From assembly GCA_029261035.1 (NCBI GenBank), contig JAJDCD010000012.1, positions 158,776-222,775 on the forward strand: 64,000 nt of DNA. Reading direction: 5' to 3'. Under the pieces are notes generated by a model. The model ran no database searches, was not told the DNA's origin, and was given only the letters and a program-made list of their open reading frames with translations. Of this stretch, positions 15,001-30,000 are shown piece after piece (within the stretch, counting starts at the first letter, position 1; each line of letters starts with the position of its first letter). Origin of the DNA: Candidatus Omnitrophota bacterium (lineage in GTDB: Bacteria; Omnitrophota; Omnitrophia; Omnitrophales; JACROU01). A program made the translations under genes and the position numbers.

Positions 15001-18000
15001 CCATTATCTAGAAGAACCGATCTTAAAGCATTTTTTACATTACCTGGTATATTCTGCCAATTAGCTGCTCCAGAATGATCCAAATAGCTATCAATTAAAG
15101 CATTCATTTTATCTTTTCTATAACGATCTATATCAGAACCATCGTTAGACAATGCATCAAAAAGTTTCGTCAAATCCTCTGTTAAGTCAAAAGTCAAAAT
15201 AGTCTGCAAGCTAACTCCATTACTCACTAGCTGAGTGATAGAATCTGCCGTCATCGCTCCTTGATTTACTCTGGATATAAGCTCATTCAATACGTCTGCT
15301 AATACCATTTCCGGATGACGTCCCTGTGTATCCCCAGCCAAAATCAAAACACTCGAATCCATTCCTGCATCCGTAACAGCTTGGACTAAATTTTGAGTAT
15401 CTGGATTTGTTAATAACGAGTGCATCGTATCCAAAATAGAAGTACTGGTAATCGCATCTAAGGATGTATTTAGATTAACCAAATCAACAATTTTATTAAT
15501 AGTCTCTTTCCAACCTTCGACAGAGTAAATTCTTGGATAAGTCCCGACGATAGGAGTTACATTATTTTCCATTACTTGAATAAGCGTTGTAGGGTCTGCA
15601 GCTTCTTCAATAAGCTCTTGATATGCTGTTAACTGATCTTTATTTTGAATACCTCGAGTAACAACATAACCATATTGGTTATATTCCCCTAATAAAGTTG
15701 TCGAGTTCACTCCTGCTTTGTAGAGCGCTGCCATCGCTTGAAGAGCTATCCCTTTATCCGTCCCTTGAAAAGAGTTAAATCCATTAATCACATTGTTAAA
15801 TACTGTTTGGCGATTATTTCGATAAGTAGACTCATTAACTCCATCGAAATCATATTGAAGAGCACTGTTACTATCAACATACTGTGTTGGAACAACATAA
15901 CCATTTGAAAGCATCAACGTTTTTAACATATCTTTAGCATCCGACATTTCGTTTTTCCAGTTAGCACCCCCCACATGACTGATAAAACCATCGATTAAAG
16001 CACTCAAACTACTAGCTCTAGTCCCCTCAACAGCAGTGTAGTAACCGCTTCTTCCCAAAACATCCGCAAGTTGATTTATTTCTTCTTCAGTATCAAACAT
16101 AAGGATAGAAGTTAAACTTAAACCCATTTGAGTCATATGATTTATTAAACTGGCATCATACGCTCCACTCTGAATTCTTGTCTGAAGATCTGTAAGAACG
16201 TCTTTGGCTAACATTCCAGGGAAGTTTTCTTCCGATTCTTTTGCCATAGCAAGCACAGCAGGGCTTACATTAGAAGAACTGAGATTTGCCATCAAAGCCA
16301 GCGTCTCTGGGTCTTGAGTCATTACATTAAGTCTTTCTAAATCTTCAATACTCCTTGCCCCATTAACTGAAATTCCTGAGTTAATAATATTAACCGCATT
16401 TAAAACTAACCCTTTGTACACTTCTGCTTCCTCAAAGCCATTTGTAAAATTAATAAATCCCGCGATTCCACTGTTGATTGCAGCTACTCCTTGGGCAGAA
16501 TTACCACCTAGTTGATCCATTGCTTGTTTAAATCCATCTAAAATATTAATGCTATAAACACCATTATAAAGTAACGTTCCTTGTGCAATCCCACCTAACA
16601 TATAATCTCCACCTACTCCCTGCTCGTAGAGCGATGACAAAATATCAAGAGCTCTGCCTTGATTAGGAGAAGCAGAACTGATCACATCATTCATTCGATA
16701 AAACACCGATTGCCTATTTTTATAGTAATCATTTGTGTTGTACATATAAGGGCTGGTTTCTGTTCCATCACCTATAATTCCAAATTTCACTCTTTGCTCT
16801 GAAGTTAAAGCCCCCCAAGTTGTAGTATCCGTAATGTCCAAATAGTCATAATCCAGCAATGTCTCCATTAAAAAGGTTTTAACTCTGCCTTTTTCACTCT
16901 CCCAAGAAGCAGCCCCTTTATACTCAATAAATCCATTAATCATGTCGTTCATCATATCAACAACAATAGTGTTTGTTGTTACACCGTACCTTAAAATACC
17001 ATCAAAAATTTTTTCAAATTCAGCTTCTGAATCAAATAACATCAATGTTGTAATATCCAACCCAAATGCTGCCATGCGATTGATTGTGGTTACAGATAAA
17101 TTCCCTTGTTGAATTAAGTCCTGGATTAAATTCAAAGTTGATTCAGCTGTAAACTCGGGAAATCGCCCTTCTAACTCACTCGTAGCTCCTATAACACTTC
17201 CAGCAATTCCTTCAGCAGCCAGAGAGTCCACTAATGGTTTTGTGGCAGGATCCATAACTAAATCATATGTTTTACGAATAGATTCTAAAGTGGTGTTAAT
17301 AGGCACTGACAAATTGTTATTTTTAATAACAAGCGCTTTTTCCAATACTTCTTTCCAATCAGCAGAAGACATTACAGTGATATGTTCTACGGATTTTAAT
17401 TGGTTATTTACAATCTCTACCATTAATGTTCTGTCAGCCTCTGAAGCTTCTTCTAGCGCTTGGGCAAATCCGCTCATTTGATCTTTAGAATCCATTCCTG
17501 GCAATACCACATTTCCATAATACCCATATTCCCCTTGAATTCTCTTAGGGGTAACTCCAAAACCTGCCAAGGTCCCAGCACTCAACAAAACCTCTCCTTC
17601 ACTACCGCTAAATTTATTCATAAACGACTTAAAACTATTAAAAACTGTTTTGCGGTTATTGTAGTAAGTATAGGTATTTAAAGTAAGTCCTCCGCTGTAA
17701 TAATCCTCAGAAACACCTAGACGATAACGATCTTCTTCTGGAATCGCCTCTAAGTTTTGAGGATCGACATAATCCACCATGATAAGCAAGTTCATCAAGG
17801 CATCTTTTACTTTGGTTAACCCAGAGTCATCCAACGTCTCATAAGCATTCGAAACAATATTATTTAAATTTCCAACACGACTTGTATCAATTGAAACATC
17901 ATTACTTTTTAATACATCCATCAATTGTTGTAATTCAGAATCTGTATCAAATAGAAGAATCACTTTTAATTCAACTTGATTGGATACAAGCTGATCCAAT

Positions 18001-21000
18001 GTGTCCTTACTAAATTCCTGTGCATCTAATTTTGAAATCAATGAATTAATGGTATCTTGAAAGACAAAACTCGAATTCTCTGACTCGAGCGAAAGAGCCG
18101 CTGCAATCAAGGATCCTGAAATACCTGCGGCAGAAGCATCCAAAACAATTTGTCTCATCTGAGGGTCTAATAACAGTTCACCCATCCTCTTTAAAGAATC
18201 CACATCTGTAATTCCTTCTGTTGAAAACCCTAAATTTGAATCATTAACAATGGTATCCGTTAACGTTCCATTTGAGTCATAAACATAATCCTTAAGAGTA
18301 ATTTTCCCATCAATAATAGCAACCTCACTAACCAAACGATCATTAACATCGTAAGATTGACTGCTGCCATCATCTCCAAAAGCTTGCCTTGATCCATCTG
18401 GGTTTTGAATTGCAGTCACCTCTCCTTTAGAATTAATTTGTTGAATCGTAACTTGATTATCAACACTCGTTAATCTAACTTCTGAAAGTTTATTTTCTAC
18501 GTCATAACTATACTCTTCCATAGATCCGTCTAAAAATTCGATTTTTGTAACATTTCCACTAACATCATAAGTCTGTTGTGATCCATCTTCTAAATTAACC
18601 GTTGTACTTGTATCTTGAACGTCAAAAGACTGTTGAGACACATTTCCATCTTTGTCTGTTTTTTGGATTGAGGATATATTTCCAGATACATCATAAATAT
18701 AGTTCTGAGAGGAGCCATCAGATAAATTAATACTTAATAATTTGCCTGAAGCATCATAAACTTCTGTGGAACCATTAGGAAGACTTACAGTAAGAGTATT
18801 AGTGTCTGGATCAATTGCCTGTGTTGTAGTTTGATAGTTATTATCAGTAATCTCTACTTCTATAAGGTTGTTATCTGTATCATATTTAAACTGTCGAGAA
18901 CTTCCATCTACATTATCAATACGAGTTATATTTTCGTTATAGTAGTAATGAATACGTCCATCTGGAAAATCAATACGATTTAATGTGCCATCATACCCAA
19001 ATGATTGCGTTGTTTTCTCCCCATTAACCGCCGTAAGAGATATCTCTCGAAGAGTTGCTCCCCAATAAGAATAGTCAATAACTGTCCCGTCAACCTGAGT
19101 CACTTTTGCCAATTGACCTAATTCGTTATAATCGTGAACAGCTCCATCTGGCAAAACAGATTGCTGAATATTGCCATTCTCCGCCATTGTATGCACCGTC
19201 AAAGCATCATTAGAATCCCTAGCTTCAATCGTAATTAAATTATTGTTTTCGTCATATAAGTAAGTATGATTTGATCCATCAGGGTAAACGACAGAAGAAA
19301 CTAAATTATCGTCATTAAAGTAAGATACAATGCCATCAGAAGATGTTTCTGAAATAATTTTTCCTTCAGGACTTATCGCTTGAATTACTTCGGTTCCGTC
19401 TTCATCAATCAACTTTATAGATGACAACACTTCATTTGAGTACCCCAACTCTTTTGAACTACCATCCGTGTGCTCAATTCGGTATAACCGCCCCTCAGAG
19501 TTAAAGTACTTCATGTCTCCATTAGGCTCTTCAATAGAGACAACCTTTCTATTCTGATCTAAAGTTTGAGTGGTAACCTTCCCTTCACCATCCGTTATTT
19601 CAATTGTTTGCAACAATCCTAAAATACTGTAGGAATACTCTTGCTGGGTCCCATCCCCATTAACAACTAATTGAATTCTTCCAGACAAGTCATAAGTTTG
19701 TTCTGTTCCATCTTCCAATTGAACCACAAAACTATTGCCATCATCTCCAACAACTCTTTCCGTAACAGTTCCACCAGCTTCTGTAACCACAATTTTTGAT
19801 AAAACAGAATTTTCATCATATTGGTAGTCAACTCGATTTCCATTCGCTTTATTCACAGATTGTATTTGCTGGTTCTCTCCAAAAAACTGAACGCTACCAT
19901 CAGGTAACTCTACCGTTGAAATCAATCCTCTTGGGTCATAATTCTGAACTGTTTCATTACCCACAGCATCTGTTAGTTTTATTTTTTGCAACAACCCTTT
20001 ATCCGAATAAGAATAATTTTTACGGGTCCCATCCACAAACTCTATCTTCTCAAGATTCTTACTTTGGTTATAAAACTCTTTGGAGCCGTCTGGATTATCT
20101 ACAACAACCAAGAAACCCTCTACATTAAATCTCTGTATGGTTACATCGCCATCTAAGTTTCTCTCTGTAACCATGTCTAATTTACCTAAATCATCATAAA
20201 GGTAATTCACCTCTTCCCCTGAGACTTTGACTTCTCTCTCTAATTTTCCCAATGCATTATAAGTTTTTTCATCTCCTGCTATAGTCGTTTCACTCAAGAT
20301 ACGGTCGTTTTGATTGGAATCAAAAACCATCACTTTTCCATTGGACCGTGTCACTGTAATAACACCTTGATCTATAGCTAACGTGGCAAGGTTCTCATCC
20401 GTGTCTGCAGAAAAATATTTCTGATAGAAATTAATTACATTTGCATGAGCTTTTGCTTCTTCTACAGAAAAACTTGTCTTTGCCCCACTACTGATATCAG
20501 ACAATTGACCTCTAATTTCTCCATAGTTAAGAGATACATCCGCCCCATCAGTATCTTTTACAGTTTGTAGCAATGTGCTATTTCTATCTAAAAAGCTTTG
20601 GTAAGCCGCAAATTCTTCAGGGCTTTCAGTCATTAGATTGGCCATAAAAGCAACATTAAGTTCTTCTGAATTTATTTTCAGCCCAAAACCAGTTGAGCTA
20701 CCAGCTTCAGAAACAGCCTTAAAGGTTTTTCTATTAGAAAGATCTGATAGGTTTACATTCAACGCTGCTGAAACATCATTTAAATTTGCAACAACACTTT
20801 TTGCCTGTTGAATTTGCTCTTCTGTTGCATTTACATCGAAAATAACATCATCTTTTAAACTAACTGCTGATTGAATTAAGGCATTAATACTATCTATGTT
20901 TTGATTCGCTATATACAAATCACCTTCCGTCAAAGCCTCAATAGAAGATGTCCTCAATACATTGATTTGACCTGTAATTTCTGTAAGAATATTTAGTGAT

Positions 21001-24000
21001 ACATCTGAGGTCACTTCTCTACTCAAATTATTTACTCCATCTTCCAAAGAAGCTACAATGCCATTAATTGCATTTTTAATCGTTGCAGCATCCCCTAAGT
21101 CCTCTTGAGTTCCCCCTAAGGATTCCAATCCTAAAATCGCTAGATCCAACCCCTCTTGAATAGATTGAATTCGCTCCAAACTAATTGAGGCTCTTAAGCC
21201 ATCTTGGTCCTGAATTTGTTGGGTCAAATCACTAGCAATAGCAACTGCTCTATCATTCAAACTTTGAACAACTTCATTCAATTGCTCTAAAGAAGCAAAA
21301 GAGGAAACCCGAACAGCCTGCATCAAACTTTCATTATCCGCTAATTGAGTTTGTAATGACAAAACGAGATTCTCAGCTTCTTGAATTTGCTCAGCTGTAG
21401 AAAGCCCACTTTTCCTCATACGTTCCAGCGCATTAACAGCACTGTCATTAAGTATCTGAAGATTTTGCAACGCAGCTTTTGATTGATTAAAATCGTTTTG
21501 CTCTATTGCCCCACCTAGTGCAAGCTGTATATCTGCTGGAGAAATAGTACTCTGATAAGACTTCATAACACTACCATCAGCTCTTTTATCATAAGACATT
21601 CTATTCGCCTGTATTTCACCTGTTAAAGCAGAAATAGTCGCCGAAAGAGTCACGTCATTATCTTCATTGAATTGGGTAAGCAAAACAGTCCCGTTCTTAT
21701 TTACTTCAGTAATCTGTTCTGTTTGATTATTAGACCTTTTTACATAAGAGTAAGTACTAACACCACCAAAAGGATCTCTTTTTTCAATCATGTCTCCTTC
21801 TTTGTTAAACTTTTTAATGGTTCTTCGATCATTGGAGTCCGTTTCAATTAATTGGGTTAACACTCCATCTTCACGCGTATATTCCATCTTAATTCTTTTT
21901 TCATACGAACCATCTGCTGGTGTTGAAATTGTTTCTGTCATATCTCCATTAGAGGCATAAATCCGTGTGGTCTTATTTCCAGTTAAATCATCTGTTTCAA
22001 TAACCTTTTCCATCGTTCCTTCAGCATTTCTAATCGTTTCGGATGTTGTGGAAGAAATAATCACGCCGGATGAATTTTTTACTACATTTTTAGTAACATC
22101 TCCAGACGTAAGGTCCATGGTGCTGACAGTGTTATTACCCTGATCATCATCTGTGATTCTTGATAAAATATTTCCCAAACTATCTTTGTTATAACTCATA
22201 TTGGCCACAACATTGGTTTTACTATAAGGGTTATATGTTTCAATACGAATTAAGTCATTTTCTTTTGGATCAAAAACTTGTGTTTTAATGAAGCTTTTAG
22301 GATCAACTTCTATAATGTGTGTTGTATTTCCAACGGAGTCTAAAACATAAGAGTATTCTGTAATACCTCCAAATTCATCAATTTTCTTCTTAATTTGACC
22401 GGTAATGACGTCCATTTCTTTAGATACCAATAAACCTCGACCATCCTTCTCAGTAATAAACTTAACATTACCCACACCATCTCTTAAGTATTGAAAATCT
22501 GTCTTTCCTCCTAATGGATTGGTAAGAGAGATTAAATCTCTCAACAAATTAAATTCTTTTCTTGTTACAAGACCATTCGGATCTGTTTCAATAGTTTTGC
22601 TAATATTTCCTTTTCCATCTTTCTCGTGAATCATGCTGGTCAAACCACCAAACTTGTTACTAAAACCAGTCACATCTCCATGAATGTTAAAAGATTGAGA
22701 AGTTTCATTACCATTTTTATCGGTGGAAATCTGTTTGCTTAGATTTCCTTTTCCATCTTTTTCATTTGTGATATTGGTAACACCTCCATATTGATCAATC
22801 AAAGCAGTTGTGTCTCCATGGACATTCGTTTTTCTGTGAGTTTTGTTTCCATTTTTATCAATCGTGCTTGTAACCAAGACATTACCTTTTGCATCCTTAG
22901 TGTAATCTAAGACACTCACACCTCCGAAATTATCTACCTGAGTAATCAAGTCTCCACTGGTATTATAGTGTTCTTCTGTTTTTTCATTATTACGATCAAA
23001 ACGTGTGATCTTCTTATTGTTTCCTTTCCCGTCTTTTTCATACAACATTCTACTCGTCGATTCCCATCCTTCTTCCAAATTTTTAAAGGTTTGAGACAGA
23101 ACATCCCCATATTTGCTCATTTCTTTTTCTGTCACATTATTATTCTTATCTGTTTCAATTGTTTTCTCAATATTACCTTTATCATCCTTTTGGTATTCGA
23201 ATAAAGTGGTAGCAGACCATCCTTGCTCTACATTCTGAACAGTCAAACTTTGAATATCACCATATTTACTTTGTGCTTTCTGAGTAATATTTCCATTCTT
23301 ATCTGTTTCTGTAACTAAATTTACATTTCCTTTATCATCTTTACCATACACAAACTCCGTGGAAGCTTCCCAACCTTGATCTTTGTTTTTAAAGGTAAGT
23401 CGAATCAAATCTCCATGGATGTTATTTTGTTTAATAGTTTCATTTCCATTTTTATCTGTTTCTGTAATTTTTACAAGATTACCAACACCATCTCTTTCAT
23501 AAACAAATTCTGTCGTCGCCTCCCAACCTTCTTCATTGTTTTTAAAGGTAGAGCTCGTAATATCTCCAGCTACATTAAAGTCCTTAATTGTTTGGTTTCC
23601 ATTCTTGTCCGTCTCTGTTGTTTTAGTGATATTTCCAATTTCATCTCGTTCATAGCTTGTCGTTGTAATCGCTTCCCAACCTTCTGAGAGGTTTTTAAAA
23701 GTAACCTTAACAACATCACCAGCGTCATCAAACTCTTTAATGGTTTTATCCCCATTCTTATCTGTCTCTGTAGTTTTAGAAACATTTCCTAGCTCATCAT
23801 GTTCATATTCATAAGTTGTTGTATCTTCCCAACCTTGGTCTATATTTTGAATTGTTAATTCGACAAGTTCTTGTCTGCCGTTAAATTTTTCTGTTTTAAT
23901 ATTTCCATTTTTGTCTGTTTCTCTACGTTCTATCATATTTCTATTTTCATCAAACTCATATTCAAAGGTTGATTTCGCTTCCCAACCTTCAACACTTCTA

Positions 24001-27000
24001 AAAACTCTTTCCGTAATATTATTGTTAATATCAAATTTTTCTATAGTTGTATTTCCATTAGGATCCACCTTAGTCGATTTTAAAATTTGAGAAGTTACAG
24101 GATCTCTATCATAAGAAATATTTGTTTCCTGAGTCCATCCTTGCGCACTTTGAACAACAATTTTTATTGGATCCCCAAAGATATCCAATGTTTTTTCTGT
24201 TATATTTCCATTTTTATCTGTCGCAATCGATTTCGTAATTCTTCCATTATCTCTTTCATAAGCAAAAGTAGTTTCTCCACCAAATCGGTCCACTATGGAT
24301 TTAACATCTCCAAAAGCATCCAAAGTCCTAATTTCTTGAATATCCGCTGTGCCTGGATTGACAGCAATTACAAAACCATCTGCATCTTGCTCTAGAACAT
24401 ACCCTTCAGCATTTGCTTCCGTTCGGGTCACAATCGTTTCTAGTAACTTACTATCATCATCTTTGACTGTTTCATTAATAGTTAAAGACCCATCCGAAGA
24501 TAAAATAGCTACATTTTCACCCGCGCTATTGTAAAGAAACGTATTTGTTCTATATGCAGTTGGGGTTCCATCTTCGGCAAACAAAATAGGCTCTTCTGTT
24601 GTATCAATAACACTGACTTGATTTCCATCCACGTTAATTTGCTTATATCTAGTGCGAGTAGTCTCTTCTGTTCCTACAACCTGAAGCACCGACTCTCCGG
24701 AAGAGGTGTCATAGATATAAGGGGTGACTTTCCCCGTAGGATCAATTGTTCTATCAATCAAATCTTGTCCAAACTGATCTCTACGATAGTAGTTGATGGT
24801 TCCGTCATCATCTTCAACTCGGTCTAATATGCCAGTATTCTCATCGTAAAAATAGGTGCTTTTTTTATCTAGAGAGCCATCTCCGTTGTAAAAAGAGATC
24901 TCTGAGACTCTTTCACTTCCAGGATCCCCTTCATAGGTAGATACACTGGAACGCCCGTCCTCTGTTTGAGTCACTGTCGTCAAAGCTCCATTAGCAGCAT
25001 AAGTATAATCCGATGTTGAAGAGACATCTGGGTCTGTGTCTGCATCATCACCATCTTCTTCATAAGTTACAACCTGAGACATTCTTTCTCTTCCCCTTTC
25101 AGTCCCTTCGTATTTAACCGTAGAAAGAAGAACATCTGTATCTTCTTTAAATTGATTTACTTGTTTAAGCGCCTCATTTTCATCATATTCAAAGGTACTT
25201 CGAGACAACACTTTGCCTGGTTGGGAAATATCGTATTCCGTAGTTTCAACAACTCGCTCTCTTCCAGGCTCTCCTTCGTAAGTTGAAGCTGATTTTATTG
25301 CAGCGCTGTCACTGTCCTGAAGTCTAATTTGAGTTTCGCTAATAGCTCCACCGTCTCCATAAATATAATCTTGTCGAGATGCCAAAGCATAAGCACCGTC
25401 TTCTTTTTTGAAATAATTAAGAGCACGGTAGATACGCTCTTGACCCTGTTCACCTTCCATCAAGTTTATAGCAATAGGATGTTCATTAAGGTCGTCCTTA
25501 TCTCTAATCTCTGTTTTAAGCAGCTTGCCATTAGAGTCATATACAAATTTTTGATGTGTAGAAAAACTAGATTGGTTTGTTTGGGGGTCAATACCGAAAG
25601 TAATCATTTCGGTTGTTAATTCCTCACCACGATCTCCTTCAAGTCGAGCTTCTTGAATAATGGGAGCCGTAGGATCTTCACTATTTCTATATTGAATTTT
25701 CTTAATACGATCCTTGTCGTCATGTTCCATATGCTGCCAAAGACTGAGCTCTGCCTCACCCGCTTCATTAATACGGTAATTTAATACATCGGAAGCAATT
25801 TCACTTCCTGCAGCACCTTTAAACTTCGTTTTTTGCAAGACAGGATCTGTTTCATTAGGACCTGATCTTCTACTGATTTCTTGAAGAGCTCCCGTTACGT
25901 CATAAGCGTAATCCGTACGGTTATCAGGAACAGACAAGGTAGGATCATTTTCATCTACTCTATATTCAATATTATACAAAGTTCGCTCTTTACCAGGCTC
26001 ATCTCCCTCGTAAAAACTTTCAAACAAAATAGCTCCATCTAAGTCTCCAGAATTTCTTCGCACGATTTTCTTCAACACACCTTGATCATAAAAGAAGTCT
26101 GTTCTGCCTGTAGCAATTCCAGCATCATCATATTGGACTGTATAGTCAATCAAAGTGGTTCCTGGCAAGTACTGAATATCAGAAACAAGAACATCATCCA
26201 CTAAATTGTCCAACGCATCCACTTCATTATTAACTCTATATTGTTTTAAGCCCGTATTATCGCCATCTTCATTGTATTCATAAACACTCATACTGCCTGG
26301 CTTAGTCTCCGAAGCTCCAGGGCTGTCTAAATCAACTTCATAATTAATAACAGCTTTAATGCGTTCATCTCTAAATAAACCTTTTTCATAAATTGCTTCA
26401 CTGACAATATTACGAAGAGCATTCGTTGTGACCGTTTTTAGAATATAACCCGCAGCATCATATTCATAAGTCGTTTTATTTCCAACACCATCTTGGGTGT
26501 AATCAATGACTGGCACATTAAAGTTATCCAATTTTTTATAATAAAGTGTATTCTGAAAAGCTCCTGTTCCTTTTTGCACTGCGTCTGCAGCATTCTCAAC
26601 ATCACTGACATCAAAATTCTGTATCCCGGTCATTTCCCCATCTTCATTATAAAGATACTCACTTCTAGATATAATCTCCTGTCCGATTTCATCATAACTG
26701 ACTGAAGTATCTACCTGACCTTCTTCATTAAAAAAGCTCTCACTAATCTTAGTGTTATCTTCTAAGCTTTTTTCTCTAACTGTTTTCAAAACCTTATCTG
26801 GACTCTCTGGATCATAAACACTTCTATTGACACTACCTGTTCTAGAGACGACATAATCCACCTTAGCATTACCTTCACCGTCCGTTACCACATTACCTTC
26901 TGCGTCTTTCAAATAAACTGTTTTTTCAATAACACGAATAGGACCATCTGTGGAATTTGTCTGCTTACTAATCGCTTCTAACTCTCCCTGATCATTGTAT

Positions 27001-30000
27001 AGATAAACATCCACCTCTCCTCTGAGGTTGGTTATTTTATCGATCACATCTTCATCTGTTACAGGATTCTTCTTATAATTTATTTTTCTTCCATCATTAA
27101 GAAAAATAAGTGTATTTCCATCTTCATCTTCTTGAACAGACTGAATAACTGCATGAGAATTAGTAAAAAAGTCTAAAGCACCATCTTTTTTATAATAACT
27201 AATAGTTCCATTATGAAACACATCCCGACTCATTCCATCAATAATTTGTGAATTTGTATTTTGAGGCGTATAGTCTACTTGGGTAAAATCAATAATAGCG
27301 TTTGTTTCTGGGTCTCTAACTAAATCAAAAGTCTGTATCACATCTCCATTCTTATCTATAATTTGCTTAATATACCCATCTTCGTAGAGAGATTTTTCTC
27401 CATTCTTATTCGTAAATTCAACCAACTCTTCATTTTCATTAAATACACTTAACTCCCCATCAGCGAGAACTTCATTACGAATTAACTGATCATTACTATC
27501 TAATGTTTGAGTACTAACAACACCTGTTTGTGGGTTTTCAGATGTAACAATAGTTTTAGCATCATCCCCTTCACCTTCATATTGATAGGATGTTATTTGC
27601 TGTATGTCATCTGGAAGATCCCCAATTCGAGTTGTTATTTTGCTGGCTCTATTTTCAGAGTCATATTCATAGTCTTGAATTGTCCCATCAGGGGATATGA
27701 CTTGTTGAACATCTTCATTTTCATTAAATAACTGCCGTGTTCCATCAGGAGTAACAACCTCGGAAATTTTTCCTTCAGAGTCAAACTTTTGCGCTGTGAC
27801 ATCCCCTTCTGGATCCGTAACATTAATTTGAGATAATTGATCTGCTTGATTATAAACAAAGTCTTGAGTCGTTCCATCCGGTTGTACCACTTGAGAAACA
27901 TCTCCATTAGAGTTAAATGACTGGATAGTTCCATCTGCAAGTTCAACAGAAGAAACTTCACCATTTGCACCCATATTCTGGATTGTAAGTTCCCCCTGCG
28001 AATTTGTGATTCTAATTTGCGTTAATTCTTGAGCTTCGTCATAGACAAATATCTGCGTTGATCCATCCGTCTGATCAACTTGCGAAACATCTCCATTCGC
28101 ATTAAAAAATTGCTTTGTTCCATCATCAAGTTCAACAGATGAAATCTCTCCATTCTCGCCCATATTTTGAATAGTGATATTGCCGCTAGGATCTGTCACT
28201 TGTATCTGAATTAGCTTTTCCTCATCACTATAAATAAAATCTTGAATCGTTCCGTCATTTTGCTCTACACGTGAAATGTCACTATTTTCATTAAAAAATT
28301 GCTTTGTTCCATCGGCAAGCTCTATAGAAGATACCTCTCCATTCTCATTCATATTTTGAATCGTTAGTATATTATTTTCATCTGTAATTCTGATTTGGGT
28401 TAAAACACTTTCTTGATAAATATATTCTTGCTTACTGGTATCTGGATTTTCAACCCTACTTATTGCTCCATCTTCGTTAAATGTTTGCTTCGTACCATCA
28501 GGCAATTCTACCGTTTGAACTTCTCCTGCTTCGCTCATTCTTTGCAATGTTTCATTGCCATCAGCATCAATCAATTTAATTGCAGCCAAAATAGCGTTTT
28601 CATCATAGATATACTCTTGCGATGATCCATCTAGATTATCAACACCTGTTACTTTACCTTCAAAATCAAAATATTGCTTTGTTCCATCAGGCAGTTCAAT
28701 CGAAACAACATCTCCATTTGAATTCATTTCCTGCTTTGTTGTTTCACCTTCTGGGGTCGTAATATTCACAAAAGTCAAAACACCTAAGTCATTGTAAATG
28801 TAATCTTGGATAGTTCCATCTGTCTGTTCAACACGACTTACATTCCCATTAGCATTAAAAAACTGTTTTGTTCCATCAGCCAGTTCAACAGATGTTGCAT
28901 TTCCATCCACATCTACGTTTTGATAAGTAATCTGATTATCTGGGCTCGTTATTTTAATTTGAGATAAATTACCTTCATCATCATAATCATATTCCTGTTT
29001 TGTTCCATCGGCTGTTTGAACAAATAAAGTCTGATCTGCATCAACTCCTTCACCCCCCAATTCTCCATCAGCACCCAAATCCAATGTTTGAACTTGCTCT
29101 AAAATACCCGAAGCATCTCCATAGTCATCCCCATAATAAGAAGAGAAATAAGCTTTAAATCGATTGAAGTACTGCGAAACAGCTTGCTTCATTCCCTCAG
29201 AAATATTAACAGGGTTCCCTTGTTGTAAATCAGAGCGAATCACATTAATTTGATCCGCAACATCTTGATAACTCACTTCAGCTCCATCAACAACAACACC
29301 TCCAATATGTCGATAAGCAGGATTTGTCAAAAAAGCCTCATAATTATCAAACTCTGTCGTGCCTAGGTTATTTTGAAAAAATGTTTGATTAATATCATCA
29401 GGAGAAACCCCAACGATCGCAGGGCCTGCCCCTTCTTCTAAACTCGCTCTCAAAGCCACTTCTTCTGCAGAGTCTTCTGGGACAGCGATCCCCATAAAGT
29501 TACGATAACGCTTAATATATTCGTCATGAGCTTGAATCATCACTTCGGAAGGAACCTGATTAAATGCCGCTTGATTTCCATCCGTAACCATTAAGTCAAA
29601 ATGCTCTCCTACCTGTCTGTAAGTAATAGTATGAGGATTACCCTGAGCATCAGAAAACGTAGCATTAATATCTGCAAATTGACCTTTAAGAAAATCAACA
29701 TAGTTATCTGCTTCACCATTATTTGCTCTAAAAGAAGCTAATAAGCGATTCACTGCTTCATCATTGGAAGCTGGGGCAACATACCCATCTGGAAGCTCAA
29801 CATCTCCAACAGGAGCTCCTACAACCTGATCATTTAAAGTTGGATCTATCAATGTTTCAGTACCATTTGGATTAATAATTTTTATAGTTCCATCCGCTTG
29901 AAGTTCAATCTCTGGGTAAGAAACAATAGCCGTTGGAGCGCTAAAGACGCGAATGGTAGCTTTATTCGCCGAGGCTACTCCATCCTGATCATAGCCATAA

